Source: Pseudomonadota bacterium (GTDB lineage Bacteria; Bdellovibrionota_B; Oligoflexia; Oligoflexales; RGVZ01). From it: a stretch of 64,000 nucleotides of DNA. A model generated the notes under the pieces. It was given only the letters and a program-made list of their open reading frames with translations, was not told the DNA's origin and did not search any database. Every line of letters starts with the position of its first letter. The first letter of the stretch is position 1. The stretch is from contig JBEGVZ010000037.1 in NCBI GenBank assembly GCA_041178085.1, forward strand, positions 1 through 64,000. Reading direction: 5' to 3'. The position numbers and the translations under genes were made by a program. This document shows positions 9,992-19,515 of the stretch, piece after piece.

Positions 9992-11401
9992 TCAGAGGCT
10001 GGTCGTCGCTGCGAATGCAAATGTCGTCAAGGAAGAAGTCACGTCGACCGGGTCGTTGACCCCTTCGACCTTCTGGGACTGGCCTGTGCCACTCTGGATC
10101 ACGGCACCAACGCTGATCTGGCTATTGGGCTGGATGTACGCAGCAAACAGCGAGCCGCCTTTATAGTTGATATTGGTGCCCCCGGTGTACTTGCTCGAGG
10201 TGACTTCCGCGCGGGCATCGTTGTTGGTGAAAAAACCGCCACGCATCGCGACTGAAGGGGTTACGTAGAATTCGGCGCCAGCCGCATAGTTCAGCACCGC
10301 GTTGCGCCTTCCCGCCCCCTTGCTCCCGGCAGCGGCATCCACGTAGCTGATATCTCCCGATGCCATCAGCTTGGGGCTGGCAAACCATGCAACCCCCACA
10401 CGCACCTCACCAGGTATCGTACCAAGCGGATTGGATGATTTTGCGTCCGACGAAGATGCCGTCTCCACAACCAGAGCCCCGGTGTTTCCCGTCACCCCGG
10501 AGTCAGATGTCTGTTGGGTCGCCAACCTGTCAGAGGCCACGGTCTTTTCCTGCGTAATCCATGATCCCTTGCGGATCGACAACCCGAGCGACAGGGATTG
10601 ACCAAGGGCCATTTGAAAACCAAACGTTGGCTCAAACCCTTTTGCTTCAAGGCTGGTACGATTATTGGAGTACTGCTTCACCACGGTCGTGGCCACTGCC
10701 GTGCCGCTGGCCGTCTCCTCAACGACAGAGTCGCTCTGCTGGAAATCCTGGCTCAATTCGCTGATCGAAGTGTAGCGCACGGCTAATCCGGCAGACATCC
10801 GGCCAGACAAGCGATAACCGACGCCTGCAGCAATGTGGGAAGTTGCCGTGCGCAGCTGCACGGTCCGGTGAAAGCCTTGGATGCTGGTGAACTTTGTTCC
10901 CGACTGGCCGATGTAAACCGTTGGCCAGCGGTCGTTCTGATCCAACAGCTCAGTGTCCGATGTGTACATGGCAAAGGCGCCCACAAGTCCCGGGACAAAC
11001 CGGTCTAGCTTGTTCAATACGCCCAGAAATGGCGCAAAGGTGCCCCCTGCAGTCTCCGTGTAGCTTTGGTTGGCGATCACCTTCGAATACTCAGTGGTCT
11101 TGTTGTAAAACGCGTTTCCGGAACCAGAAATATCGTTTGACTGCGCAAAAGCCAGCCCGGCCGGGTTGTAGTAAACGCCGGAAGCATCGTCGGCGACTGC
11201 TGTGTAAGCACCGCCAATGCCAATGGCGCGCTCGCCAACCAGCACGTTGCTGTAGTGATAAATGTCTGCGCGGGCCGCCCTTGCTAAAAACAAAGAAGCA
11301 GCGATCGAGGACGTAACTGCAACAAGACGAGGGTTCGGGAAAAATTTTCTCATCGGCTCAACTTTCAACAAAAGTGGGACCTGAAAATCCTTGTCTTTCA
11401 T
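9992..11401 (-). CDS. FadL/OmpP1-like outer-membrane transport beta-barrel (start may be 11353)
   Basis: [29 protein letters not shown] hatch motif; amphipathic beta strands; ATGA overlap with the upstream gene. Confidence 0.8.
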   Translation of the reverse strand: MKDKDFQVPLLLKVEPMRKFFPNPRLVAVTSSIAASLFLARAARADIYHYSNVLVGERAIGIGGAYTAVADDASGVYYNPAGLAFAQSNDISGSGNAFYNKTTEYSKVIANQSYTETAGGTFAPFLGVLNKLDRFVPGLVGAFAMYTSDTELLDQNDRWPTVYIGQSGTKFTSIQGFHRTVQLRTATSHIAAGVGYRLSGRMSAGLAVRYTSISELSQDFQQSDSVVEETASGTAVATTVVKQYSNNRTSLEAKGFEPTFGFQMALGQSLSLGLSIRKGSWITQEKTVASDRLATQQTSDSGVTGNTGALVVETASSSDAKSSNPLGTIPGEVRVGVAWFASPKLMASGDISYVDAAAGSKGAGRRNAVLNYAAGAEFYVTPSVAMRGGFFTNNDARAEVTSSKYTGGTNINYKGGSLFAAYIQPNSQISVGAVIQSGTGQSQKVEGVNDPVDVTSSLTTFAFAATTSL

Positions 11402-12447
11402 TCATCAGCGCTATTCGGATCCCGGCCACGGGATTTTGCTGCCTTTTGTTTTGCCTTTTTTCCCGCAGGTTTCGCGGCGTCGCCGTTTTCCTTCGGTGCG
11501 GCCTGCTTGGGGGCCGGTGGCAAACGAAGCTGCATTGGCTTGAATCTTTCGAGTCCCTTTGCCCCGACAATGGAATCGGCTTTCAAGCTGACCAGCAACT
11601 GGTCAACCTTGAGGCGCCGTTCAACTGGCTTAGGGTGGGTTTTCTCAAGGGTCTTGGTGTTGAGCAGCTTTTGACGCGCAACCAGGCGCCCGAGGAAATT
11701 GGACATCGCTTTCGGATCGTAACCGGCGGCGATTGCGTACTTCACACCTTCCTGGTCGGCTTCGTATTCCAGTTTATGATCAAGACCCTTCTCCAGGATC
11801 ACATTCAAACCGGCCTTGGCCGCAGCAAGAATGCTCAAACCGGCCACGGAGGAAGAGCCCAGGTAGCGCGCAATATTTTTAAACGTCTCTGATTGTTCAG
11901 TGACCTGGACGCGCTTGCGCATGCGCATGGCAGCGGATGCGTCCGGCTTGTCAGACGATGCCTTTGCCGCCTGCTCGAGCTTCTCTTTGTCCATCGACAA
12001 CAAGGTGTTCATCATGTGGCGATTGCCAACATGTGCTGACTCGTGTCCCAGGATGGCCGCCAGTTCTGCTTCGTTTTCTGCCTGGCGCAGCGCACCCATC
12101 GTGACCAGGATGTAGCCTCCGGGACAGGCAAAGGCGTTGACCGCCTCGCTGTTCAATAGCCGGATCATGTATCGGCGATCTGCGTGCGGGCCTTGTTGGG
12201 CAACGTAGTTGCCAATCAGGTTCAAGTACGCGTTCAGGGGCTCGTCGTTGTATTCGCCATAGTATGTCACCAGGCGCCCGGCCATGTTGCGACCGATCTC
12301 GAGCTCCGCACGGAACTCACCCAGCTTTTTTTCTTCTTCGGCAGAGAGCCCGGCCTGTCCCTCAGGCTTCGACTGGGCTTGGGCCAAGGCGAAACCGGCA
12401 ACAAAGACCACGGCCAACCCTGGCCACAGAATCACTCTTCGGCTCAT
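11398..12447 (-). CDS. M48 family metalloprotease (secreted)
   Basis: VNAFACPGGYI, ELAAILGHESAH, EYEAD and THP motifs; signal peptide. Confidence 0.92.
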   Translation of the reverse strand: MSRRVILWPGLAVVFVAGFALAQAQSKPEGQAGLSAEEEKKLGEFRAELEIGRNMAGRLVTYYGEYNDEPLNAYLNLIGNYVAQQGPHADRRYMIRLLNSEAVNAFACPGGYILVTMGALRQAENEAELAAILGHESAHVGNRHMMNTLLSMDKEKLEQAAKASSDKPDASAAMRMRKRVQVTEQSETFKNIARYLGSSSVAGLSILAAAKAGLNVILEKGLDHKLEYEADQEGVKYAIAAGYDPKAMSNFLGRLVARQKLLNTKTLEKTHPKPVERRLKVDQLLVSLKADSIVGAKGLERFKPMQLRLPPAPKQAAPKENGDAAKPAGKKAKQKAAKSRGRDPNSADE

Positions 12448-12498
12448 CTTCGAGCTCCGGATCTTGATGCGTACAATTAAAGGAAACTTCCTAAGAAG

Positions 12499-13038
12499 TT
12501 ACTTGCTTTTCGATTCTTTCGCAATTTCATCGAAAACCTTTTCTGAGAGGCTTTCGATCTCCTTCGCCGGCACCTTCAGGTCTTCCATCGCAAAGACCGA
12601 TTTCAGATTGGGCCGCGCGTTTGCCGCGAACGAAGTGTCGTTTGTCTCATCGAGGCCACGAACCCCCATCACTGTCGAACGAGCGCGAGCGCTTGCCCCT
12701 TCTGAACCCGACCGTCCATTCAGGACAGCTTCCTTGATCGCACCGGACAGCGCGCCGCCGCTGGAGTCCATCGCTTTGACCTTGACCGCCAACACCGAGA
12801 CAAAACCGGTCTTGCCGCCAGCCGTTTTGACCTGCCAGTGCATGCCTTTTCGCTCAAGGGATTCGACCGACTCACCGGCTTTCAAAGTTGCCACCACGGC
12901 GGCACCTTTTTCCGGGGACGCCGTGACCTGGACGCCGTCTTGCTTCGCTTCGACCGCACCCGCCAGAGCGCTACTGGATATACCGCAGACGAGGGCAATC
13001 AAAGCCGCTCGTAAGAATGGCCAATGCTTGGGATCCAT
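12499..13038 (-). CDS. Secreted bacterial SH3-domain protein
   Basis: Signal peptide; VVATLKAGESV...WQVKTAGGKTGFV SH3b pattern; STVMGVRGL tail. Confidence 0.75.
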   Translation of the reverse strand: MDPKHWPFLRAALIALVCGISSSALAGAVEAKQDGVQVTASPEKGAAVVATLKAGESVESLERKGMHWQVKTAGGKTGFVSVLAVKVKAMDSSGGALSGAIKEAVLNGRSGSEGASARARSTVMGVRGLDETNDTSFAANARPNLKSVFAMEDLKVPAKEIESLSEKVFDEIAKESKSK

Positions 13039-13089
13039 AAGTCTCTTCCCCCTCAGCTCTGAAATCGGGGTGACTTCCTGGATCTTTAG

Positions 13090-14340
13090 TCAGCCCCGTA
13101 ACCTTATGCGATGATAATGCTTTTTGCCCCTCCGGACCAGACACCCGGCAGCCTTTTCCAGCTCTGCCACGGCGACTCTCGCCTGGACATCGGAAACCTT
13201 GACGTCGTCCACAGAAAGCCCACCCTGCTGGATCAGGCGTTTTGCCTCCGCCTTGGTTGCCACAACGCCGGAGAAAGCCAGCATGTCGACCACGCTGATA
13301 TCAGGTTTCCCCTCCAGGGCGCTGCGATCTACGAAATGCTCCGGTTCGTTGCCTGCGGACTGTCCCCCATGCGCACCGCTACTGAAAAGTCGCTGGGCCG
13401 ATTCACGGGCATCGTTGGCAGCATCCTCTCCATGAACGATTTTGGTGCACTCCCAGCCAAGACGCTTTTTGACATCGTTGATGGCGGCACCTTCCGCGCG
13501 AGCCAATTCCCGGATCTCGGCCATCGGCAGGTCCGTGAAGTAGCGCAAGCATGGCTCGACCATGACGTCCTCAACGTTGCGCCAGTATTGAAAGTACTCA
13601 AACGGGCTGGTCTTCGATGCATCAAGCCAAACCGCGCCTTTTTCCGTCTTGCCCATCTTGCGCCCGTCAGGCGTCGTCAAGAGCGGCGTCGTCACACAGA
13701 AAGCCTTGCCGCCGGTCAGGCGACGCACCAGGTCCACCCCCGAAAGCATGTTGCTCCACTGATCGTCACCGCCAAGTTGCACCGAGCAATCCACCGTCCG
13801 GTAAAGGTGCAGGAAGTCGTAACTCTGGAGCAGCATATAGTTGAATTCGAGAAAGCTGAGACCTTTCTCCAGGCGCTGCTTGAAGCATTCCGCTGCCAGC
13901 ATGCGGTTGACGCTGAAGTGACGACCAATGTCGCGCAGGAAAGGCAAATACTGAAGTGCTGTGAGCCAGTCGGCGTTATTGAGCAACACGCCCCGCGCCT
14001 GGTTCTTCAGGTCAATGAAAAGCCCCAGCTGCTCGCGAAGTCCCGCCAGGTTTTTTTGGATCCCTGAGTCGTCAATCATTTGACGCATCTCGGATTTCCC
14101 GGATGGATCACCGATCAACCCGGTGCCGCCACCTACCAGTGCCACAACCTTGTGTCCCGCTGCCTGCCAGCGACGCAGAGCCATCACCGGCATCAGGTGA
14201 CCAACGTGCAAACTGTCGGCGGAAGGATCGAAACCGCAGTACGCGACACGGGTTCCCGAGGAGAGGTGTCCGGCCAATTCGTCCTCGTGGGTGATCTGAG
14301 CGATCAACCCCCTCTCCCGCATGACTTCTAGAAAACCCAT
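13090..14340 (-). CDS. tyrS: Tyrosine--tRNA ligase
   Basis: YCGFDPSADSLHVGH, QLGGDDQW, KMGKT and C-terminal S4 domain; ATG at 14340. Confidence 0.97.
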   Translation of the reverse strand: MGFLEVMRERGLIAQITHEDELAGHLSSGTRVAYCGFDPSADSLHVGHLMPVMALRRWQAAGHKVVALVGGGTGLIGDPSGKSEMRQMIDDSGIQKNLAGLREQLGLFIDLKNQARGVLLNNADWLTALQYLPFLRDIGRHFSVNRMLAAECFKQRLEKGLSFLEFNYMLLQSYDFLHLYRTVDCSVQLGGDDQWSNMLSGVDLVRRLTGGKAFCVTTPLLTTPDGRKMGKTEKGAVWLDASKTSPFEYFQYWRNVEDVMVEPCLRYFTDLPMAEIRELARAEGAAINDVKKRLGWECTKIVHGEDAANDARESAQRLFSSGAHGGQSAGNEPEHFVDRSALEGKPDISVVDMLAFSGVVATKAEAKRLIQQGGLSVDDVKVSDVQARVAVAELEKAAGCLVRRGKKHYHRIRLRG

Positions 14341-14417
14341 CTTTGCGCTATCCTTGAAGAAAGACCCAACACGATTCGTCAGCAAGTCCACCAAATTGTG
14401 CCGGGGGATCGGGGCCC

Positions 14418-15020
14418 ATGCAAGCCGAGAAGTGCCTGACATTCCTGCTCGGACCGGCCCATTCGGGCAAATCCGCGGAAGCCATTGCCCTGGCGGACCA
14501 CAAACTGGACACGCTGGTCATTGGCATGGCCAACATACAGCACCCGCTGATGCAGGCCCGCGTGGAGGCTCTGAAAGGCAGCCGACCCACTCACTGGCAG
14601 CACGTCGACCAGCCAGGCGACCTGCCAGCATTCCTGTTTGCCGCGGCCCAGGCCCACGAACAAATCGTCATCGACTCACTCAACCTTTGGCTGGCCACGT
14701 TGACCGTGAATTGGCAAGCAGGCCAGGCAAGTCGCTCGGCAATTGACCTGGCCCAGATGCTGGGCACGGAATGCGACCGCATGGTGGATGCGCTGAAGAG
14801 AAGTCGCGAGTCCGCAGGCGGAACAAAACTGATCGTAGTCGGCGCCGAAATGGGTGCTTCCCCGTCTCCCCCCGTCGAAACTGAACGGGCATTCCGGGAA
14901 GCCAACGGAAAATTAAACCGGGCCATCGCCGCGACCGCAGACCGGGTTATACTCATGACGGCCGGTATTCCAACGGTACTTCGTTCCAACGTCCACAATC
15001 AGAGCCATATTGGAGGCTAA
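14418..15020 (+). CDS. cobU: CobU/CobP-family adenosylcobinamide kinase/guanylyltransferase-like protein (divergent)
   Basis: GPAHSGKS P-loop, RPTHW, IDSLNLWL, FREANGKLNRAIAATADRVILMTAGIP; catalytic His appears absent. Confidence 0.75.
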   Translation: MQAEKCLTFLLGPAHSGKSAEAIALADHKLDTLVIGMANIQHPLMQARVEALKGSRPTHWQHVDQPGDLPAFLFAAAQAHEQIVIDSLNLWLATLTVNWQAGQASRSAIDLAQMLGTECDRMVDALKRSRESAGGTKLIVVGAEMGASPSPPVETERAFREANGKLNRAIAATADRVILMTAGIPTVLRSNVHNQSHIGG

Positions 15021-15022
15021 AA

Positions 15023-15640
15023 ATGTTCAACGAATTTATCGGACAATCTGTTTGCCGGGTCATTGCAATCTCGGGTCTGACGGTTGCAAGCCTTGCGATC
15101 TCCAGCAACGCCTTCGCCATCGTCAGTGGCCAGGTCAACGTCGGCAAGCGCACCGCGACCAGCAAGGTCGGCGGCAGCGAAAAGACTTACGCCGCGGACG
15201 AATACGGCGCCGGAGTCTGGCTGGATCCAATTCCCTTGGTGCCAGTCGCTTTCGGGGCCAGCATGCTGGTCCAGAACTGGGATAAAGACGATTTCGGGGC
15301 GACCACCACGGGGTCCGAACTGAGCCTTGATGTCAAAGGCTGGTTGCCCATGGTTCCGGTCGTGACGCCGTATGCGAAATTGAGCTACGTCCTTGCAGGA
15401 ACCATCCTGAGCGAAACCACTGGCCTGAAAAACAAGTACAGCGTGACGGGTACCCGCGCGAACATTGGCGTGCTCTACGGCATCCTGCCGACCGTGAGCG
15501 TGGCCGGTGAATTCGGCACAGGATCCCAGCAAATCAAAGTCGATGAAACCACCGTTGCAGGGGTGAAAGTCTCTGCGTCTTCGCCGTCTTACGACTGGAA
15601 GACCACCTCTTACGCCGTCGGCGTCAACGTCGGCTTCTGA
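15023..15640 (+). CDS. Small outer-membrane beta-barrel protein
   Basis: Signal peptide (AFA|), about 8 amphipathic strands, C-terminal VNVGF; GGAGG RBS. Confidence 0.8.
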   Translation: MFNEFIGQSVCRVIAISGLTVASLAISSNAFAIVSGQVNVGKRTATSKVGGSEKTYAADEYGAGVWLDPIPLVPVAFGASMLVQNWDKDDFGATTTGSELSLDVKGWLPMVPVVTPYAKLSYVLAGTILSETTGLKNKYSVTGTRANIGVLYGILPTVSVAGEFGTGSQQIKVDETTVAGVKVSASSPSYDWKTTSYAVGVNVGF

Positions 15641-15970
15641 CCCCCCCGGTACTGCGGTCTTAACGGGTGCCGTGCTGGCAGCATCGCCAGTACGGCCCCG
15701 GGAACTGCTCTTCTTCACTGCGCCTGACCTTGAAAGACATGCCCCGCCCAAGCCCTCCGCGCTAAATTTCAACACACTGAAAATTGAAACAAAACCTTCT
15801 AAGCAACGAACATTAATGGGTTTTACGCCGCCCAGAGATGTCTCTGGAACAAAAGTGGAAAATCCTTGGCCTGACGATCATTGTCCACCGTTTGCCCGGC
15901 CCCGGAATGGCATTGCCCGGGACCGTGATCTAATCTAATTAAGGCCCTTGCCTGAGTTGGAGATTCAACG

Positions 15971-16732
15971 ATGCCAAATGACACGGTAACCCTTACAGAC
16001 CATGCCTCACACGCCCAGCTGCCTGCGCGTGCAGAGAACCAGAACCAGATCGAGTCGATGTTCGACCGTGTCGCCCCCAAGTACGATTTCCTGAACGCCC
16101 TCCTCAGCTTCCGCCAGGACCAGCGCTGGCGCAACCGGCTGGCCGCACTCATTCCTTACAAGCCTGCCGGCGCATTGCTGGATGTCGCCACCGGCACCGG
16201 TGATGTCTTGATGACGGCATTGGTCCGGCGCAAGGAATACACGCGATTCAGCGGTGTCGACATCTCGAACGAGATGCTGGGCTTGGCCAAGGCAAAAGCG
16301 AGCCAGCGTCAGTTCAGCAACCTTTGCGACTTTCATCAGATGAGCGCTGAGAAACTCAACTTCGCCGACGCCACCTTTGACTGCATCACGATTTCGTTCG
16401 GCTTGCGCAACGTCGTCGACCGGGAGAAAGCACTCCAGGAATTCAGCCGTGTCCTGAAACCAAAAGGCACTTTGCTCATCATGGAGTTTTTCACTCCCCG
16501 CTCCCACCTGGTTGCGAAGGGATTCGAATTGTACTTCCACAAGGTTTTGCCGGTGATCGGCGGAATCTTCAGCGACCGAAGCGCGTACACGTACCTGCCT
16601 CGCAGCGTAGCCGCCTTCTATTCGACGGACCAGCTACGTGGTGCACTGTACCGGTCAGGTTTCCTGGTGAACCAGGAAGTGTCGTTCTTGTTTGGCGGGT
16701 GCAAAATCATTCAAGCACGCAAGCTCGGCTAG
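15971..16732 (+). CDS. ubiE: UbiE/MenG-family quinone C-methyltransferase
   Basis: MFDRVAPKYDFLN, LLDVATGTGD, SFGLRNV, AYTYLP. Confidence 0.92.
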   Translation: MPNDTVTLTDHASHAQLPARAENQNQIESMFDRVAPKYDFLNALLSFRQDQRWRNRLAALIPYKPAGALLDVATGTGDVLMTALVRRKEYTRFSGVDISNEMLGLAKAKASQRQFSNLCDFHQMSAEKLNFADATFDCITISFGLRNVVDREKALQEFSRVLKPKGTLLIMEFFTPRSHLVAKGFELYFHKVLPVIGGIFSDRSAYTYLPRSVAAFYSTDQLRGALYRSGFLVNQEVSFLFGGCKIIQARKLG

Positions 16733-16789
16733 GATCCACGCTTCACGAGGCGCTGGTTCGCGGTTGCTTCAGCAACGAAAGGTAAAAAC

Positions 16790-17230
16790 ATGAAACGTTT
16801 CGCCCTGGCATTGACTGCCACCAGCGTACTGACGGGCCACTCAATAGCCGCTGCCGACCACCGGGTTCCGCCTGTTTTTGCCATCTGTGACACGGCCGAG
16901 GGCCTGCCCATGATGAACATCCAGGTCAGGAAATACGCGGACAACTCCGGTGTGATGGTTTATTTGGCGACGCTGCAGCCTGGGACGCGCTACTGGTCGA
17001 CCGATGCTATCGTCGGGAAAGAACTCGACCTCGGCAGGGATCCAATTTGCGAAGTTTACGAATTCAACGCAAAAAAGAACCGCGGGACCGACGTCCGTGA
17101 AATACACGTATGCTTTGAACGCCATGAAAATGGAACCTATGGGGGCGTTCTTCGCCGGGATACAGAAAGCGGCTTTGAAGTCGAGCGCCCGCTAAGGTGT
17201 TCTTATCCGACACAACAGATACCGGGCTAA
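16790..17230 (+). CDS. Hypothetical secreted protein with 4 Cys
   Basis: Signal peptide MKRFALALTATSVLTGHSIAAA; AAAGG RBS. Confidence 0.65.
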   Translation: MKRFALALTATSVLTGHSIAAADHRVPPVFAICDTAEGLPMMNIQVRKYADNSGVMVYLATLQPGTRYWSTDAIVGKELDLGRDPICEVYEFNAKKNRGTDVREIHVCFERHENGTYGGVLRRDTESGFEVERPLRCSYPTQQIPG

Positions 17231-17271
17231 TTTCCTTGAACTGTTGATTGGCTGCGCCAGCATGCCGATGA

Positions 17272-17802
17272 TCAAGGTGCCGCGGATTCTTCTGGCAGAT
17301 GCTTTCTAAATTCTTCAAGCACATCGTCGAGAGCCTTTTCCAGAGCCTTCTGGTCAGCAACGTTCGGCAGGGACGTGCCGGTTGGAGGCGTCACGCCCGG
17401 AGCACCTGAGGCGGTGTTTGCGGGCATTGCTGCAGCTGGTTCATCAAGGTACATGCAGATGTAACCTTCGTTTACGGTGAAGAGGTTGCCGGTCTGGACC
17501 GGAGCCTTGCCCTTGGAATCCGTCACAAGGACCTTGAGTCCTGGCCCCTCGCAGACCGGAGTCAACGCCCAGCGCCCCTGATTGGTGGGTATGCGCGCCA
17601 TGTTGGCAACACAAGGCAGCTGGCAGTTAACCACAGAGCGCACCACATTACGCATGTCTTCCAGGTTTCCGCGGTCACGCACCTTGTCCTGGACAAAGAT
17701 TTGCTGGCGGAAGATCTCTGCTATCCCCAGCGCCAGGATCCCCATCAGCCCAATCGCTACCAGGACTTCAAGAAGAGAAAATCCATGGCTTTTTTGATTC
17801 AC
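17272..17802 (-). CDS. Type IV pilin/pseudopilin-like protein (prepilin cleavage/methylation motif)
   Basis: G|FSLLEVLVAIGLMGILALGI with E at +5; GTG start at 17802 overlaps the upstream TGA (GTGA). Confidence 0.8.
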   Translation of the reverse strand: MNQKSHGFSLLEVLVAIGLMGILALGIAEIFRQQIFVQDKVRDRGNLEDMRNVVRSVVNCQLPCVANMARIPTNQGRWALTPVCEGPGLKVLVTDSKGKAPVQTGNLFTVNEGYICMYLDEPAAAMPANTASGAPGVTPPTGTSLPNVADQKALEKALDDVLEEFRKHLPEESAAP

Positions 17803-18581
17803 CTTGATGTGATCCGCTTCCATGAACCATCCTTCTTCATTGCGGCGAAAGCCTTTTGCCACTTCTCGACCTCTGCTCGTGGCATGTTGCGTGAGGCCGC
17901 CAAGTACAGGTCGTTCCGCCTGAGCACGATTCCGTAGTCCAGTTGTGCCGGGTCGTATCCCTCTGCCTTGAACACGAAGGGAGCGACCTTCCTTGCCACA
18001 AACCAGGCATCGATGTGCCCGGACTTGAGCTTTTTCGCATTGGTCTCTTCTGTCGCACCTGCATCCAGGGTGCCCAGACCATCTTTCTTCAGGAGAGCCG
18101 CGAGCGGACTGCCCAACAGCGCGCCGACACGCAGACCAGCAAGCTGATTGCGATTGATGATCCGGGCCCGTGTTCCTTTCATAGTCACGATCACTGCATC
18201 GTCTGAAAGGATCGGTGCGATCCACTGATATTGCGCCTCGCGTTCCGGTGTCCTGGTCAGCGGAATGATAAAGCGCGGCAGATTGTCAGAACTGTCACGA
18301 ACCAATTGCTGTGCACGGTTCCATGAAGTCAATTCAATGCGACCAGAATGCCCTGATCGACGTGCCATTTCGCGCACAACTTCGGCAAGGATCCCATCGA
18401 CTCCGCTGCCATTGACGGTCGTATAGGGCGGAATCGCCGCAGCGAAAATCGCATATTCAGCGGCAGACTTGGCATTCTTTTCGCCATCAGCAACCCCAGC
18501 AAAGACGCTGCTGGCAATCGTCAGGCTCATGGCTGTCACGGCTGTCATGGATGTCATGGATGTCATGGCAGCGCGCATCAT
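17799..18581 (-). CDS. Extracellular solute-binding protein, family 3
   Basis: PPYT...GILAEVV, WNRAQ, RTPEREAQYQW, KLKSGHIDA, MKKDGSWKRI. Confidence 0.88.
   Translation of the reverse strand: MMRAAMTSMTSMTAVTAMSLTIASSVFAGVADGEKNAKSAAEYAIFAAAIPPYTTVNGSGVDGILAEVVREMARRSGHSGRIELTSWNRAQQLVRDSSDNLPRFIIPLTRTPEREAQYQWIAPILSDDAVIVTMKGTRARIINRNQLAGLRVGALLGSPLAALLKKDGLGTLDAGATEETNAKKLKSGHIDAWFVARKVAPFVFKAEGYDPAQLDYGIVLRRNDLYLAASRNMPRAEVEKWQKAFAAMKKDGSWKRITSR
18527..18571. repeat. 9-bp imperfect tandem repeat x5 in the signal-peptide coding region
   Basis: tcatggctg tcacggctg tcatggatg tcatggatg tcatggcag, encoding MTSMTSMTAVTAM. Confidence 0.7.
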
Positions 18582-19063
18582 CCAGGCACGCTCCCGTCAA
18601 ATACGGCTTCGACAAAATCCGCCGGCAGGCTGGCAGGCGTAAACTCCCCGACTGCAATGGGGACTAGCTTGAAGATTGCCCTGAAATGAACACCTTTTGA
18701 CTTCTCCAGCGGCAAAGATGACTGGGATATTTTTGCCAAGGCGTCCCCGTGACTGAGCTCGCCTGGCAGCATCGCATGAGCAGCCATCAGAAAGCGATCT
18801 GATTCAAGGATAAAACGTGTCGCAAGCCAGATTGGCCCTTGCCGGGCAGCGCGACGGTATTCCGCATCGACGTGAACGACGGCCAGCACGCAGCGCTGAT
18901 CAATCATTTTCTGCCACGTCCAGCCCGCGGTTGTGAATACAGCGTTGCGGGCACGATCACAGTATTTCAAGTAGTTGGCGTGATAAAGAACACCACCGGC
19001 ATCGATGTCATCAAATGGGATTTCGAAGCGTTCGAGGTACAACTTGCTCTGGCGAACGCTCAT
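18578..19063 (-). CDS. YbgC/4HBT-like acyl-CoA thioesterase
   Basis: DIDAGGVLYHANYLKYCDRAR hot-dog motif. Confidence 0.85.
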   Translation of the reverse strand: MSVRQSKLYLERFEIPFDDIDAGGVLYHANYLKYCDRARNAVFTTAGWTWQKMIDQRCVLAVVHVDAEYRRAARQGPIWLATRFILESDRFLMAAHAMLPGELSHGDALAKISQSSLPLEKSKGVHFRAIFKLVPIAVGEFTPASLPADFVEAVFDGSVPG

Positions 19064-19515
19064 GATTTGCCCTTTTGGACGGGATGTACGGTCGCAGCGC
19101 CCTTGGCTACGGTGACCTCTTCGAATTTACCATTTTCAAGGCGGAAGCTGCGAGGCAGGTGATGCACACCAAGCTTGCGGGCAATCTCATCTCCGGCCAG
19201 GCAACGCTGACGGACGTCAAAATGCTTCAAGGTGGCTACGGCAGCTGATTCCTCGTCGAACGTCGAGAGAAGTATCAGGTCTTCTCGCGAAGGTTGCCCG
19301 CGCAGGCTTTCCAGATCGTCCTTGCAACTGCCGCACCAGCTGGCAAAAAACTTGATATGCAACGGCCGGCCAGGAACCTGCAACTTGACAAGATCGTCCG
19401 TCGTGATTTTCGGGCACGCGCGGGAACTGACGGTATTTTCAGCGCGGGCGTGCGCGGCAACAAGCAGTGCCAGTATCAAACTGGAATATAGAATTTTTCG
19501 GCATAAAAGGTTCAT
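19060..19515 (-). CDS. Exported thioredoxin-like (TlpA-type) protein
   Basis: FFASWCGSC, LGVHHLPRSF cis-Pro motif; signal peptide; ATGA overlaps at both ends. Confidence 0.85.
   Translation of the reverse strand: MNLLCRKILYSSLILALLVAAHARAENTVSSRACPKITTDDLVKLQVPGRPLHIKFFASWCGSCKDDLESLRGQPSREDLILLSTFDEESAAVATLKHFDVRQRCLAGDEIARKLGVHHLPRSFRLENGKFEEVTVAKGAATVHPVQKGKS

Noticed and set aside
16753..16769. sigma54-like TGGTTCGCGGTTGCT before the 16790 gene
   Set aside because: The GG-to-GC spacing is 9 nt; sigma54 requires 10.
17803..18225. 317-aa version of the pilin-like ORF starting at 18225
   Set aside because: It overlaps the SBP gene in another frame; the prepilin motif places the start near GTG 17802.
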